This document shows, piece by piece, positions 26,451 to 38,599 of a DNA stretch of 64,000 nt (positions are counted from its first letter, which is position 1; every line of letters starts with the position of its first letter). Position numbers and translations under genes: made by a program. Source of the stretch: Eledone cirrhosa (lineage: Eukaryota). The stretch covers positions 86,552,001-86,616,000 of the forward strand of contig OZ024740.1 of the NCBI GenBank assembly GCA_964016885.1, in the 5' to 3' direction. The notes beneath the pieces were generated by a model. It was not told the origin of the DNA and did no database searches. It saw nothing but the letters and a program-made list of their open reading frames with translations.

Positions 26451-27361
26451 CGTGTGTGTGAACTTTTGTTTGTCAACGATATATTGACGGAAAATGCAAG
26501 CCCCATTGATGGTATTACCGTTTCCCTTATTTCTAACTAACAGCCGTACCTGGGTAAGTCTGTATACATATAACCAAAATATATATAATCACATGAATTC
26601 ACTATATTTTGGAGAAATTGCTTTGTAAAAATACTAGCAATTTTAAGTTGGGCAGGATGTTGATTCACTGAGAATTGTTGTATTGGACCCATTCAAAAGA
26701 TTGTTCAATTTATGCATCGCAAAAATGCCCAGAAAATATACAAACCAACCTAAAATATAACTTTACTATTACATCTGATAAAAACTACATAGCCTATTAC
26801 CTTCACCTTGAATAGATCTATTCCTTTATAACATTTCGCTGAAGCACAAAGCTGTGGCCTACAACGTGAGACATACATACATTCAATGTTTATAAATTTC
26901 TACATTCCATTAGTACAAGGGAGTGGTATTTTGTTAATAAATAGGTAGATGTTTAATTCTATTCATTCCACTACATATTGTATTGATCTAGCATAGAAAG
27001 AAGCCGCATTGTCGATCGTGTTATAATTGGAATCCAGAGTGTGTAGATATCATACAGGGTTTCTGGAGCTATTACTTTAAGTTATTTCTTGCCAACGAAG
27101 GGACTTCTACGTAGTCAATAGATCTGCTAGAAATGGTAGCCATATTAGCTCAAATCACGTCGAATGCTTAAATGAAAAATAATCGACTCGTTAGAAAATG
27201 TAGCTCACGAAAACGCTCAAAAGACAATATGATCATGGCTAAAATATCTTTGATCATATTTCTGCTCAATCGGAGCTGCCTTGTGGGTAAATAATCACGA
27301 CGACTTGTCAAGTCTGATATCTCACCGTTTCTCGAACCCCTCTGCCTAAATATTATATGTA

Positions 27362-28790
27362 TAATTGTTTCTACTTTTGGCACAAGGCCAGCAATTACCC
27401 AGTGCATTACTGGTACTTTATTTTATCGACCCCGTAAGGATGAAAGGCAAAGTTAACCTCGGCGGGATTTGAACTCAGAATGGCGTCAAAGCATGGCGTC
27501 CGACCCTCTACCGATACTGCCATTCCACCGCCAATGACTTCTAATTTAGGTACACTTCTAATTTGGGCAGTGAAAGTCAATTAGGTCAACCCCGGTGCGT
27601 TACTAGTACTTTATTTTATCGACTCCAGAAGGATGAAATCAAAGTTGACCAAGGTGTAATTTTAAATCAGAACGTATAAAAGCAGAACAATCACCTCAAA
27701 GTATTTTGTCCGACGCACTAAATAATTATTCTTAGTCAAATCATAAGTTCAGGCATTTGAAGACGGAGCAGAGCATTGTCTAACTGCCACAGCCACCAGA
27801 GGGAAGAAATACAAAATGTTTTATATTTTATATTTCCAATTCTATCAAGGATAGAAATATTAAATTGAACACAAAATTGGCTCACTGCCGAAATATCTTT
27901 TAGGGGTGTGTGTATCTTATCCTATTATTTATTCATTTTCCTATGCCCAGAATGGTTGAAAGACAAAGCAGAATTTGAACTCCAAAAGTAGAGGAATGTT
28001 ATTAACTATTATATGGCCTTTAATTTGGCGTTCTACCGATTCCACCAATCTATCGCTCTTTTGTTACTTTATTTTATGAATCCCAGAATGATGAAATACA
28101 AAGTTGATTTCGAACTGAAAAATACATTACTAAATACCGATACTCTACCAATTTTACCAATCCACCGCTTGCACTTTGTTTCTAATGCCTGAAGGATGCT
28201 TATTTATTTCCTTTTCTAGGTCCAGAACGACAGGAAGACAATGTTAACCCCTTTCAGGATTAGAACCCAGAATGTGGTGCGATGTTATTAAATACTTAAA
28301 TGCCTTCAGTCGGGTGATCTACCAATTCTGCCAATATATCACTCTCTTGTTTGGTCAACAATTTGAAGAGAAGGGGAACGTTGAATAAATCTACCCCAAT
28401 GTGTTACTGGTACTTTATTTTATCGACTGTGAAAGGATGAAAGGCAAAGCTAACCTCCGCGAAAATTTAACTCAGAACGCAAAGGACCAAACCTCTATGC
28501 CGAAAAACATGTTGGCAGATGCTCTATCGATACTGCCAATCCACCTCGCTCTCTTGGCTGTACAAACTGTTTATAAATTTGGCACAAGGCCAGCAATTTG
28601 AAGGGAAGGGGATGTCGAATAAATCGCCTTCAGTCTGTTACTGGTGCTTTATTTTATCGAGCCTGTAAGGATAAAAAGCAGAGCTAACCTCAGCGGTCAT
28701 TTCAGCTCAAAACGTTAAGGGCCGAAACTCTATGCCGCAAACCATGTTGTTCGATGCTCTACCGATACTACCAATCCATCGTCCTTCCCT
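27362..28790 (-). mobile_element. Array of about seven same-strand tRNA-derived SINE copies at different stages of decay
   Basis: Recurrent TTTTATCGAC..GGATGAAAGGCAAAG..ATTTGAACTCAGAA..TCTACCGAT.CTGCCAAT.CACCGC modules. Confidence 0.8.
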
Positions 28791-29324
28791 TGTCTGTAAT
28801 AATAACAGTAATAACAAAAAATAATAGATGAGGTGAAAGAGTGCAACCGACGACTGATTGAGAAGAATTACAATAACAAAATAAAAGAGACAACGACAAC
28901 AACAACAACAATAGTAGCAGAAGCAACAATAAACAACATAAATAGTTACAATAAAACGATTGGGGAAAAAAAAACATGTAGCATGAACATCAGCAGCAGT
29001 CGTGGAAAATAGTAAGAGAAAAAATGTCAGCCACATCAACGTCACTAATAACAAGAACCAGTATATAACAATAACAATAACAACAGCAACATCATCAAAA
29101 CGAGCAACGCCAGTAAAAACAAGAAGCAGTAAATAACAATAACAATAACAGTTAGAAAAATAATAGAACAATTAAAAAAAGAAGTGAAAATAACAACTAA
29201 GTTGTGAGTTATTTAAAGACTTACATTAAGAGTTTTCTAAGGTTTTCTAGTAAACCAATATTTGTGTACATTTAGTAGAAAAAGTATATGTAGTAAGAGA
29301 GGGGGGGGGCGAACGAGAGAGGGG

Positions 29325-29355
<31 letters not shown>

Positions 29356-29459
29356 GGGAATATATATGCCTCTAAAAATAGAAAGATGGATAAATAAATA
29401 GATAAATGAGCATACATAGAGTTAGATGGATGAATTAGTTAGGTAGATGGATGGATGAA

Positions 29460-29730
<271 letters not shown>

Positions 29731-30341
29731 ACAGACAGGCAGAGAAAACCGAAAGAGAGAGAGAGGGATAATGGGTGGGGAAAGAGAAGATGGGAAATGA
29801 AGTAAATTAAGTAAAGAAAGACTCATTTATTTGATCAATAGGTAACTGTATTTTAGAGAGAATGTCTAATTGAATGAATCAGGTCCATATTATTCTGTCT
29901 TATCGTCTTATCGTTTATTGGTGAAAGACAACAACATCCAGAAAAGTAATAAAAGGTTGATTGGATAAAATCTACAATTCAGTTTGATGGATGGAAAAAA
30001 TATATTGGAGAATGAAATGATCTTGATTTATTGTTTTTGTTGTCTTTTGTTTTCGGTGAATAATAATACTAACTAGCAGTTTATCTCTCTCTCTTTATAT
30101 ATATATATATATATAAACAATTAAGTTAAAAATGTACATCTACATATGCATACTGAAATACTAGTGTGTATATGAATACACACACGTATACATATGTAGG
30201 TGTACCAAGTCTTTCACTGGTCGCTTTACAGTGAGCGGCCCAGCTATTCTGTATGTAAACACACAGACAAACCGGTTTTTAGAGTCATACTAGTTTTTCG
30301 GGGGAACACCTTCCCCCTATTCTCCAGAAAGCCAGACAAGG

Positions 30342-30386
30342 AATATTGAACTAGTTTCGTTGTTGTTACAACTCATCAGCAATATT
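30342..30386 (-). ncRNA. Minimal type I hammerhead ribozyme
   Basis: AATATTG CTGATGA GTTG-TAACAA-CAAC GAAA CTAG TT CAATATT: 7-bp stem I, canonical core, palindromic stem III. Confidence 0.9.
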
Positions 30387-30808
30387 TACCTATCTACCGG
30401 CCTTTCTGGAGAATTGTAAAAGCACATATCGTTATATGCTTTTTCTATGAAAATTAGTAGTGGGCAGACTAATTTGCATAGAGTGTGAGTACGCACCGGT
30501 TCAGCGGAGACGATAAAAACAAATAACGAAACGAAATTAAATTTCGTTTCGTTTGTAACTCACTTTTGTATGACTGGCGCTTAAACAATTAAGTTAAAAA
30601 TGTACATCTACATATGCATACTGAAATACTAGTGTGTATATGAATACACACACGTATACATATGTAGGTGTACCAAGTCTTTCACTGGTCGCTTTACAGT
30701 GAGCGGCCCAGCTATTCTGTATGTAAACACACAGACAAACCGGTTTTTAGAGTCATACTGGTTTTTCGGGGGAACACCTTCCCCTATTCTCCAGAAAGCC
30801 AGACAAGG

Positions 30809-30853
30809 AATATTGAACTAGTTTCGTTGTTGTTACAACTCATCAGCAATATT
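30809..30853 (-). ncRNA. Minimal type I hammerhead ribozyme (second unit)
   Basis: Identical to 30342-30386, 467 bp away. Confidence 0.9.
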
Positions 30854-31148
30854 TACCTATCTACCGGCCTTTCTGGAGAATTGTAAAAGCACATATCGTT
30901 ATATGCTTTTTCTATGAAAATTAGTAGTGGGCAGACTAATTTGCATAGAGTGTGAGTACGCACCGGTTCAGCGGAGTTACAAACGAAACGAAATTTAATT
31001 TCGTTTCGTTATTTGTTTTTATCGTCTCCGCTGAACCGGTGCGTACTCACACTCTATGCAAATTAGTCTGCCCACTACTAATTTTCATAGAAAAAGCATA
31101 TAACGATATGTGCTTTTACAATTCTCCAGAAAGGCCGGTAGATAGGTA

Positions 31149-31193
31149 AATATTGCTGATGAGTTGTAACAACAACGAAACTAGTTCAATATT
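31149..31193 (+). ncRNA. Minimal type I hammerhead ribozyme (inverted unit)
   Basis: Core CTGATGA 31156-31162, GAAA 31177-31180, predicted cleavage after GTT at 31186. Confidence 0.9.
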
Positions 31194-31510
31194 CCTTGTC
31201 TGGCTTTCTGGAGAATAGGGGGAAGGTGTTCCCCCGAAAAACCAGTATGACTCTAAAAACCGGTTTGTCTGTGTGTTTACATACAGAATAGCTGGGCCGC
31301 TCACTGTAAAGCGACCAGTGAAATACTTGGTACACCTACATATGTATACGTGTGTGTATTCATATACACACTAGTATTTCAGTATGCATATGTAGATGTA
31401 CATTTTTAACTTAATTGTTTAAGCGCCAGTCATACAAAAGTGAGTTACAAACGAAACGAAATTTAATTTCGTTTCGTTATTTGTTTTTATATATATATAT
31501 ATATATATAT

Positions 31511-32165
31511 TGTTATACTTTGGGAGAGTCATGTTTCCAATAAGAAGCACACGCACCAGTTGCTTTCACTTCAATTTATTATAATAAATTTATAAATTTC
31601 TGGTTGGTTGGTTGGTTCCACAACCAGATGATTGTTTATATATTGTCAAAGTTCTTTCGTCACACATTCTGTGACCTCTTCAGTGACTGGGGATTCTTTT
31701 CTTTGTTTTTGTGCCTCTCCTTTGTTCTGTCCTACGCCATCTTGTTTTTGTGTGTGTTTTGTGTGCTTAGTTTGCGCATGTGTTACATCCGGGTGTCTGT
31801 GTGTGTTTATATTCGTTTATTTATTTTTTTATTTACATGTTACTGGTTGTGTTGTTGGTTCTATGTGTGTGTTTTCATTTTGTCCTTAATTGTAAGTTGT
31901 GATGTTGCTGTTCCACTCATATTTTCTATTTAATTTTGGTTGGAGTTCATTTATCTTTATTGCCTCTGTGATTTGTCTAAACATTGCGTCTTTTCTGTGT
32001 GTAGATTCTATTTTTATTTCTATGTTCTCTAATTTACCCTTATGTTCTATTTTAGCATGTTGGTAGAGTACAGATGATTCTATACTATCTTGAAGGTCTC
32101 GCCAGTTTTCATTTATCCGTTCCCCTATACTACGAGCTGTCTCACCTATGTACACTATATTTTTA
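31511..32165 (-). mobile_element. PLE family C 3' fragment (GIY-YIG C-terminal half + 3' UTR)
   Basis: IVYIGETARSIGERINE..H..RQITEAIKI..LNRKYEW; the 3' end abuts (TA)n. Confidence 0.85.
31645..31687 (-). ncRNA. Minimal type I hammerhead ribozyme (family C)
   Basis: GTCA CTGAAGA G GTCACA-GAATG-TGTGAC GAAA GAAC TT TGAC. Confidence 0.8.
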
Positions 32166-32170
32166 TCTAT

Positions 32171-33950
32171 GTTCTTGTTATTGTTAGGTACATCTGACCT
32201 CAATTCTTGTGTTGGTAGTGTTGTTATTGTTGGAGTTAGCTTAAAACATTGATAATGTGGTTGAAGGAACAAGGTGGTAAAGGAACAATATAACAAAAAA
32301 ATGTCAAACTTCCCATTGGTCAGTTTTGAGAGCATTCCTCAGTCAGAAGTCTATAGAAATTCTTTCTGGGGTGAGGCTCCCTGTAGTGTTTGTGTTTGCT
32401 ATTGTTAAGTACATTTGACCTCCACCCTTATTTCGGTAGTGTTGTTGGTGTTGTTGTCAGCTTATGTCTTGCTGCTGCTGCTGACAATTTGGAAGTGTCT
32501 ACCATAGGGAACAACCCAGGCTGAGCAGACACCATGATAGCCTAGAGATTGAATGGGACACAGCTATTATAATTTGGCCAACATCTATATAACACAAACA
32601 CATTTTAATTTACTTGATTTCTGATTTTCAAACTTCAATTTTACATCTTGATTTCTCTTTATTAATTTGTTATTTGTTTTCTGTTCTCTTCACTGTATCA
32701 CCTTATATTTATTTTTAAGTTGAGATTGATTATAACACAAACACATTTTGTTTGATTATCTTATTCTTTTATTATTTTAACATCTTGTCCCTCATACCAA
32801 TCTATCCAACATATTTCTGACCTTGAGATTGGTTATAGCACACACACACTTTATCCTACTTTATTTGAATCTTCATTTTATTTTTCACTTCTCCATATTC
32901 ATTTTCATTACTTTTTCACCAATTTTTCATTTATTCTTTATTCTCTATTTATTTTTGATTTTCTGTTTTCTTCATTTATTGCCTTATGTTTTTATACATG
33001 GAAGAACCCCCCCACCCCCCCCACCACCACCACCACCACCACCACCACCACCCCTCCCCCTACCACCACCACGGGAGATGGTGGCAGGGGGGATGAAAAA
33101 ACACACACAGATACTTCTAAATTGTATGAAGAAATATAAGGCAATAAATGAAGAAAACAGAAAATAAAAAATAAATAGAGAATAAAGAATAAATGAAGCA
33201 TTGGTGAAAAAGTAATGAAAATGAATATGGAGAAGTGAAAAATAAAATGAAGATTCAAATAAAGTAGGATAAAGTGTGTGTGTGCTATAACCAATCTCAA
33301 GGTCAGAAATATGTTGGATAGATTGGTATGAGGGACAAGATGTTAAAATAATAAAAGAATAAGATAATCAAACAAAATGTGTTTGTGTTATAATCAATCT
33401 CAACTTAAAAATAAATATAAGGTGATACAGTGAAGAGAACAGAAAACAAATAACAAATTAATAAAGAGAAATCAAGATGTAAAATTGAAGTTTGAAAATC
33501 AGAAATCAAGTAGATTAAAATGTGTTTGTGTTATATAGATGTTGGCCAAATTATAATAGCTGTGTCCCATTCAATCTCTAGGCTATCATGGTGTCTGCTC
33601 AGCCTGGGTTGTTCCCTATCGCAGATACTTCTAAATTGTCAGCAGCAGCAAGACATAAGCTGACCACAACACCAACAACACTACCGAAATAAGGGTGGAG
33701 GTCAAATGTACTTAACAATAGCAAACACAAACACTACAGGGAGCCTCACCCCAGAAAGAATTTCTATAGACTTCTGACTGAGGAATGCTCTCAAAACTGA
33801 CCAATGGGAAGTTTGACATTTTTTTTGTTATTTTGTTCCTTTACAACCTTGTTCCTTCTACCACTTTATCAATTTGTTAAGCTAACTCCAAAAATAACAA
33901 CACTACCAACACAAGAATTGAAGTCAGATGTACCTAACAATAACAAGAAC
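32171..33950. repeat. Long inverted repeat, ~815-bp arms (32171-32987 / 33136-33950) with a C-rich spacer
   Basis: The arms are near-identical reverse complements; ORFs 32823+ and 33300- give almost the same peptide. Confidence 0.9.
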
Positions 33951-34212
33951 AACAACTACAGATTGGCTTGCCTCAGAACGAATTTCTATAGACTTTTGAA
34001 TAAGGAATGTTCTAACAACTGACCAATGAGAGAAGAAGAGGCCCTTTCACTCTGAAATTCGTTTGTTTGAATTCATATGATTCCAGTTCCTCAGTGAAAT
34101 AACAACCCAACCAGGAACTGGGCATATCAGAGTATTGACAAAATTATACACCTCAACAACATATGTATTTGTCTATACCACACTAATTCGGACTGCCTGA
34201 AATATATATTTA

Positions 34213-34251
<39 letters not shown>

Positions 34252-34749
34252 ATATATATATATTTTATATATATATTTTATATATATATTTTCTTGTTAC
34301 AAATTGACATTTAGTTGATGGATGAAGTGTGTAGGCACATAAAGCAATTATTTAAATATACACAAAAACACTTATACATACTCACGTATGCACACACCTA
34401 CACATCTACACACGCATAAATACATGCACACGACCATGTATGCGGATTCTGTACATCACGTATTGATAATATTGATAAATACTATTGCCCATATTTTAGT
34501 CACGTTTCCCATCCATGTACTTTAACTGGTTATTCCTTTGACATTGTGAATCAGACACCTTCCATTCAAGTCCTTTGTGTCTTTTCTCAAATAACATGGC
34601 TGGAGATGACAATAACACCTAGACCGAAAAGCAGCAACAGGAAACTTGATAGCTATTAAAGAAATGGCGAATTCAAAGAAAATGTTTATCTTATCATACC
34701 TTAACACCAATTCAGGATGGAAGCTTTATAAATGATATACATACATATG

Positions 34750-34795
34750 TACATGATGGCTGCCCCCTCGTTATCGAGTATGGCCATTGCACGAG

Positions 34796-34877
<82 letters not shown>

Positions 34878-37800
34878 ATACATATATATTAATAACACTA
34901 ATAATAATAATAACAACAATAATAATAACGACAACAACAACAATAATAATATACATATACATATATATATACACACATGCACACACAAACATATCCATAC
35001 ACACACACACACACTATAGCAACTAACAGTGCTGCGATCGAATGTGGCTTTTTAGCCCAGCCAATGATCTAAAATGTCTTGCACAGAGTCGGCAACCAAA
35101 ACATTCACTGGGAATAGCCGGCTGTGGTTGGAGTACATGTAATTTTGCATGTCGCTTGAGCCCTCCTGTTGATTTACATTCTCTACCACATGCTTGGAAA
35201 GCATGATGAGTAGCATCTCCAACAGCAGCCTGGTGGTCAACCACTGGTCTTACTTTATGACTGCGAAGATGACTTTCGAGTCCAGCTTTGCTTAGGCAGA
35301 GTCTCGCACAGACGCTGCATATCAGCACCATAGGAGGACCGTCTCCGTCTGGAAGTGCAACAGCAATACCCTTCCTCACATCCTGCTTTACTTTCTCGTA
35401 TGCGATTCGAGATGCCTCAAAGGCAACTTTTCCCTCATATACAGTCTTTCTCCATTTATTACGATCAGCAGCAATATTTTCCCATGTATCAGCAGAGATG
35501 TTAGCGTCTTTCAAAGAGGCTTTCAAGGAATACTTATACCTCTTTTTTGGTTTATGTGGCAGTCGTTTACCTTTAACTAACTCTCCATAAAAGAGTTGTT
35601 TTGGTATTCTAGAATCCTTCATCCTGGCAAGGTGACCACTCCAATGGAGTCGGTGCTTAAGCACAAGAGCTTCTATACTGTCACACATAGAGCTTTCCAA
35701 AATCTCGATATCACTGATGTGGTCCCTCCAGTGAACGCCATGGATCCGTCTGAGACACATCTGATGGAAACGCTCCAATTGCTAAAGGTGGCGTCGATAT
35801 GTGACCCAGGTCTCGCAGGCATAAAGAAGAGAAGAGAGCACACATGCCTTGTACACCTTTACCTTTGTCTTCTTGCATATATCTCGCCGACCCCAGAGTC
35901 GCCTTTCTAGCTTTCCTAATCCTAAGTGAGATTTCACTATCAAGGTTGCTGTATCGATCGACAGTGCTTCCCAGGTAGACAAACTGATCAAGCACTCCAA
36001 GTCCTTTACCATACACATAGATATTTGGTTCACTGTACTGCTTACCAGGGGCAGGTTGGTACATGACGACGGTTTTCTTGAGACTGACAGTCAATCCTAG
36101 GGCAGTGCAAGCGTCAAAAAATGCATTCAAAATGTGCTGCATATCACTCTCTGTGTGCGCTACAAGATCGCAATCATCTGCATACAAGAGGTCTCTTATG
36201 ATTGATGTAAATACTTTTGTCTTTGCAGCAAGCGCCTGATGTTAAATATGCTGCCTGAGGTTCGATATCGGATGTAAACACCATGCTCACAATTCCTGAA
36301 TGCAATACAGAAAACCATTGCAAAGTATATGGCAAATAGGGACGGTGCTGGAATATCCCCCTGTTTCACTCCATTTTACTGAGATAGACTCCGACATGTT
36401 ACCTCCGACATTAACCCAAGTCTTCATGTCGTCATGGAAAGACCTAACTAAAGCAAGGAACTTATCAGAGCAACCAAGTTTCTGGAGAACCTTCCATAAT
36501 GCATTTCTGTTAACCGTATCGAAAGCTTTTGTCAGATCGACAAAAACTGATACAGATCCAAACATTGTTCCATGCACTTCTCCTGGAGCTGTCTAGCTGA
36601 GAAGATCATATCAGTAGTGCCGCGTCCAGCACGAAAACCAGATTGACTTTCAGGAAGAACACAATCTGCAATGTGTGTCAGCAGACGGTCCAGAAGCACC
36701 CTACATAAAACTTTGCCTGCGACAGAAAGCAATTAAATACCTCTGTAGTTCCCACAATCATTCCTGTTACCCTTTCCTTTGTACAAGACCACCATTACTG
36801 CATCTCTCCAGTCCTCAGGTACGAATTCATTAGCCCATATCCTGCCAAACAAAGAGTGAAGATGTTGCAGGAGTCTCTCACCACCATATTGTAGGAGCTC
36901 AGCATGTATGCCATCCATACTTGGAGACCTTCCACTGTTCAGCTTCGAGATAGCCACTGCAACCTCCACAAGCGTCGGAGAGCTACTTTCACAGGACTTT
37001 CTGGAATGAGATTGAGGAAATCTTCATTGACGAAAGACGGCTGATTCAAAAGATCATCAAAGTGCTCTCGCCACCTTCGTAGAATTCTTTGTGAGTCACG
37101 AAGAAGTTCTTTGCCATCCTTGCTGCGAAGCGGTGTCACCGGAGAAGAAAACGGTCCATAAACCTCACGCAAGAGACTGTACAACAGCTTTGTGTTATTG
37201 GAATCTGACGCAGTTTGTATCTCACCAGCCTTCTCACTCCACCATTGATCCTTCATCTGAGAAAGACTCCGCCAAACACGTGATTTTACATCCTTGAGTT
37301 CCAATTGCAGCGTGGTTTTGCCCTCAAGTAGCGTGACAGAGCACGCGTCTTATCAGCCAACAAGTCTTCTATATGTACATCATTTTCATTAAACCAGTCC
37401 TGATGTTTTCTCTGCACCAATCCCAGAACACCTACATCATAAACCGACTTTTTAAGGGTCGGCCAATCCTCACCAAGATCTGAAGCCTGCATCTCTTCTT
37501 CCAATGTCCTCTTCACATTTTTATCCTTAAGACGAGCAGCATTCAATCTTTTGGGCAGGGCAACACCAGGAGCCCGGATTTTACGTTTAGTGATTAGTTT
37601 CATTTTTGCGCGTACCAGGCGGTGGTCCGTCCAGCACTCAGCTCCACGAAGAGCAAGAACACACTGCACATCCTGTCTGTCACGCATCCTGACTAGGACG
37701 GAGTCCAAAAGATGCCATTCCTTAGATGCAGGATGCATCCATGTGGTCTTGAATTTGTTCTTTTGTTGGAACATAGTGTTGGTAACACACAGATCCAGCT

Positions 37801-38520
37801 CCTCACACATCTGCAGCAGGAGCATACCATTGTTGTTAAACTTTCCCACCCCATGCCTTCCGATTACATTCCATGTGTTAAAATCCCTACCCACTTTAGC
37901 ATTAAAGTCACCAAGCACGATGACCTTGTCTGCCTGAGGGATATTTCTTAAAACACCTTTCAAGACACGGTAAAAGGACACTTTTTCTTCATCGACAGAA
38001 TTCATAGTTGGAGCATACACACTCACCAGGGTCGTATATCTTCCTTTGTCCAGCGGAATTCTCATGGACATAAGACGCTCACTAATCCCTACTGGGAATT
38101 ATTCTATTTTATTCACAAGAGCAGTCTTAACAGCAAATCCTACCCCAGCCTCTCTTCTGGTTCCTTCATCTCTTCCTTTCCAGATGAATGTATATTCTCC
38201 ACAAAATTCTGTAAGATGACCATCTCCAGCTAACCTCGTCTCAGATAAAGCCACGATGTCAAGATCGTAACGTCGAAGCTCCTTTGCAACAAGAGCGGTC
38301 CTTCGTTTAGGACGCTCCAAGGAATCCTTGTCAAGCAGCGTCCGTACGTTCCAGCAGCCAAGACTAAGTGCCTTGTTTGGCTCTATTACAATGGCACGAT
38401 GACGAGCGGGCCCAGGCTGTGATAACCTGGGGCCCCTGCCCTTATTGCCAATTATCTTTTTTGTTCCAGAACCTAAATTGCCAATTATCTTTTTTCTATT
38501 GTTCTGGAACATCATTAAAT
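34750..38520 (-). mobile_element. Near full-length RTE (BovB-like) LINE with APE + RT + three C2H2 fingers, frameshifted
   Basis: GCWNVRTL, VALSETR, SVYAPT, GDFNA, WTDHRLV (APE); NYRGI, QSGFR, FVDLTKAFD, YADD (RT); LLYACETW; split over about eight ORFs; 3' stem-loop at ~34755-34790. Confidence 0.93.
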
Positions 38521-38559
38521 TTTGAAAAAAAAAAAAAAAAAAGTAATAATAATAGTAAC

Positions 38560-38596
<37 letters not shown>

Positions 38597-38599
<3 letters not shown>

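Larger units (their letters stand above)
30117..31490. mobile_element. Retrozyme-like non-coding element: 467-bp unit x ~1.85 (minus) + inverted ~1.1 unit (plus), in (TA)n
   Basis: 30117-30583 repeats at 30584-30976 and in reverse complement at ~30977-31490; one HHR per unit; no recognisable protein domain in its short ORFs. Confidence 0.85.

Noticed and set aside
27362-28790. CRISPR-like repeat-spacer array
   Set aside because: Units are long, degenerate SINE copies in eukaryotic DNA; no cas genes.
33774-33805. CTGACTGA..AAAA hammerhead-like string
   Set aside because: Lacks GAAA and pairable stems I and III; its diverged repeat at ~33995 loses the core.
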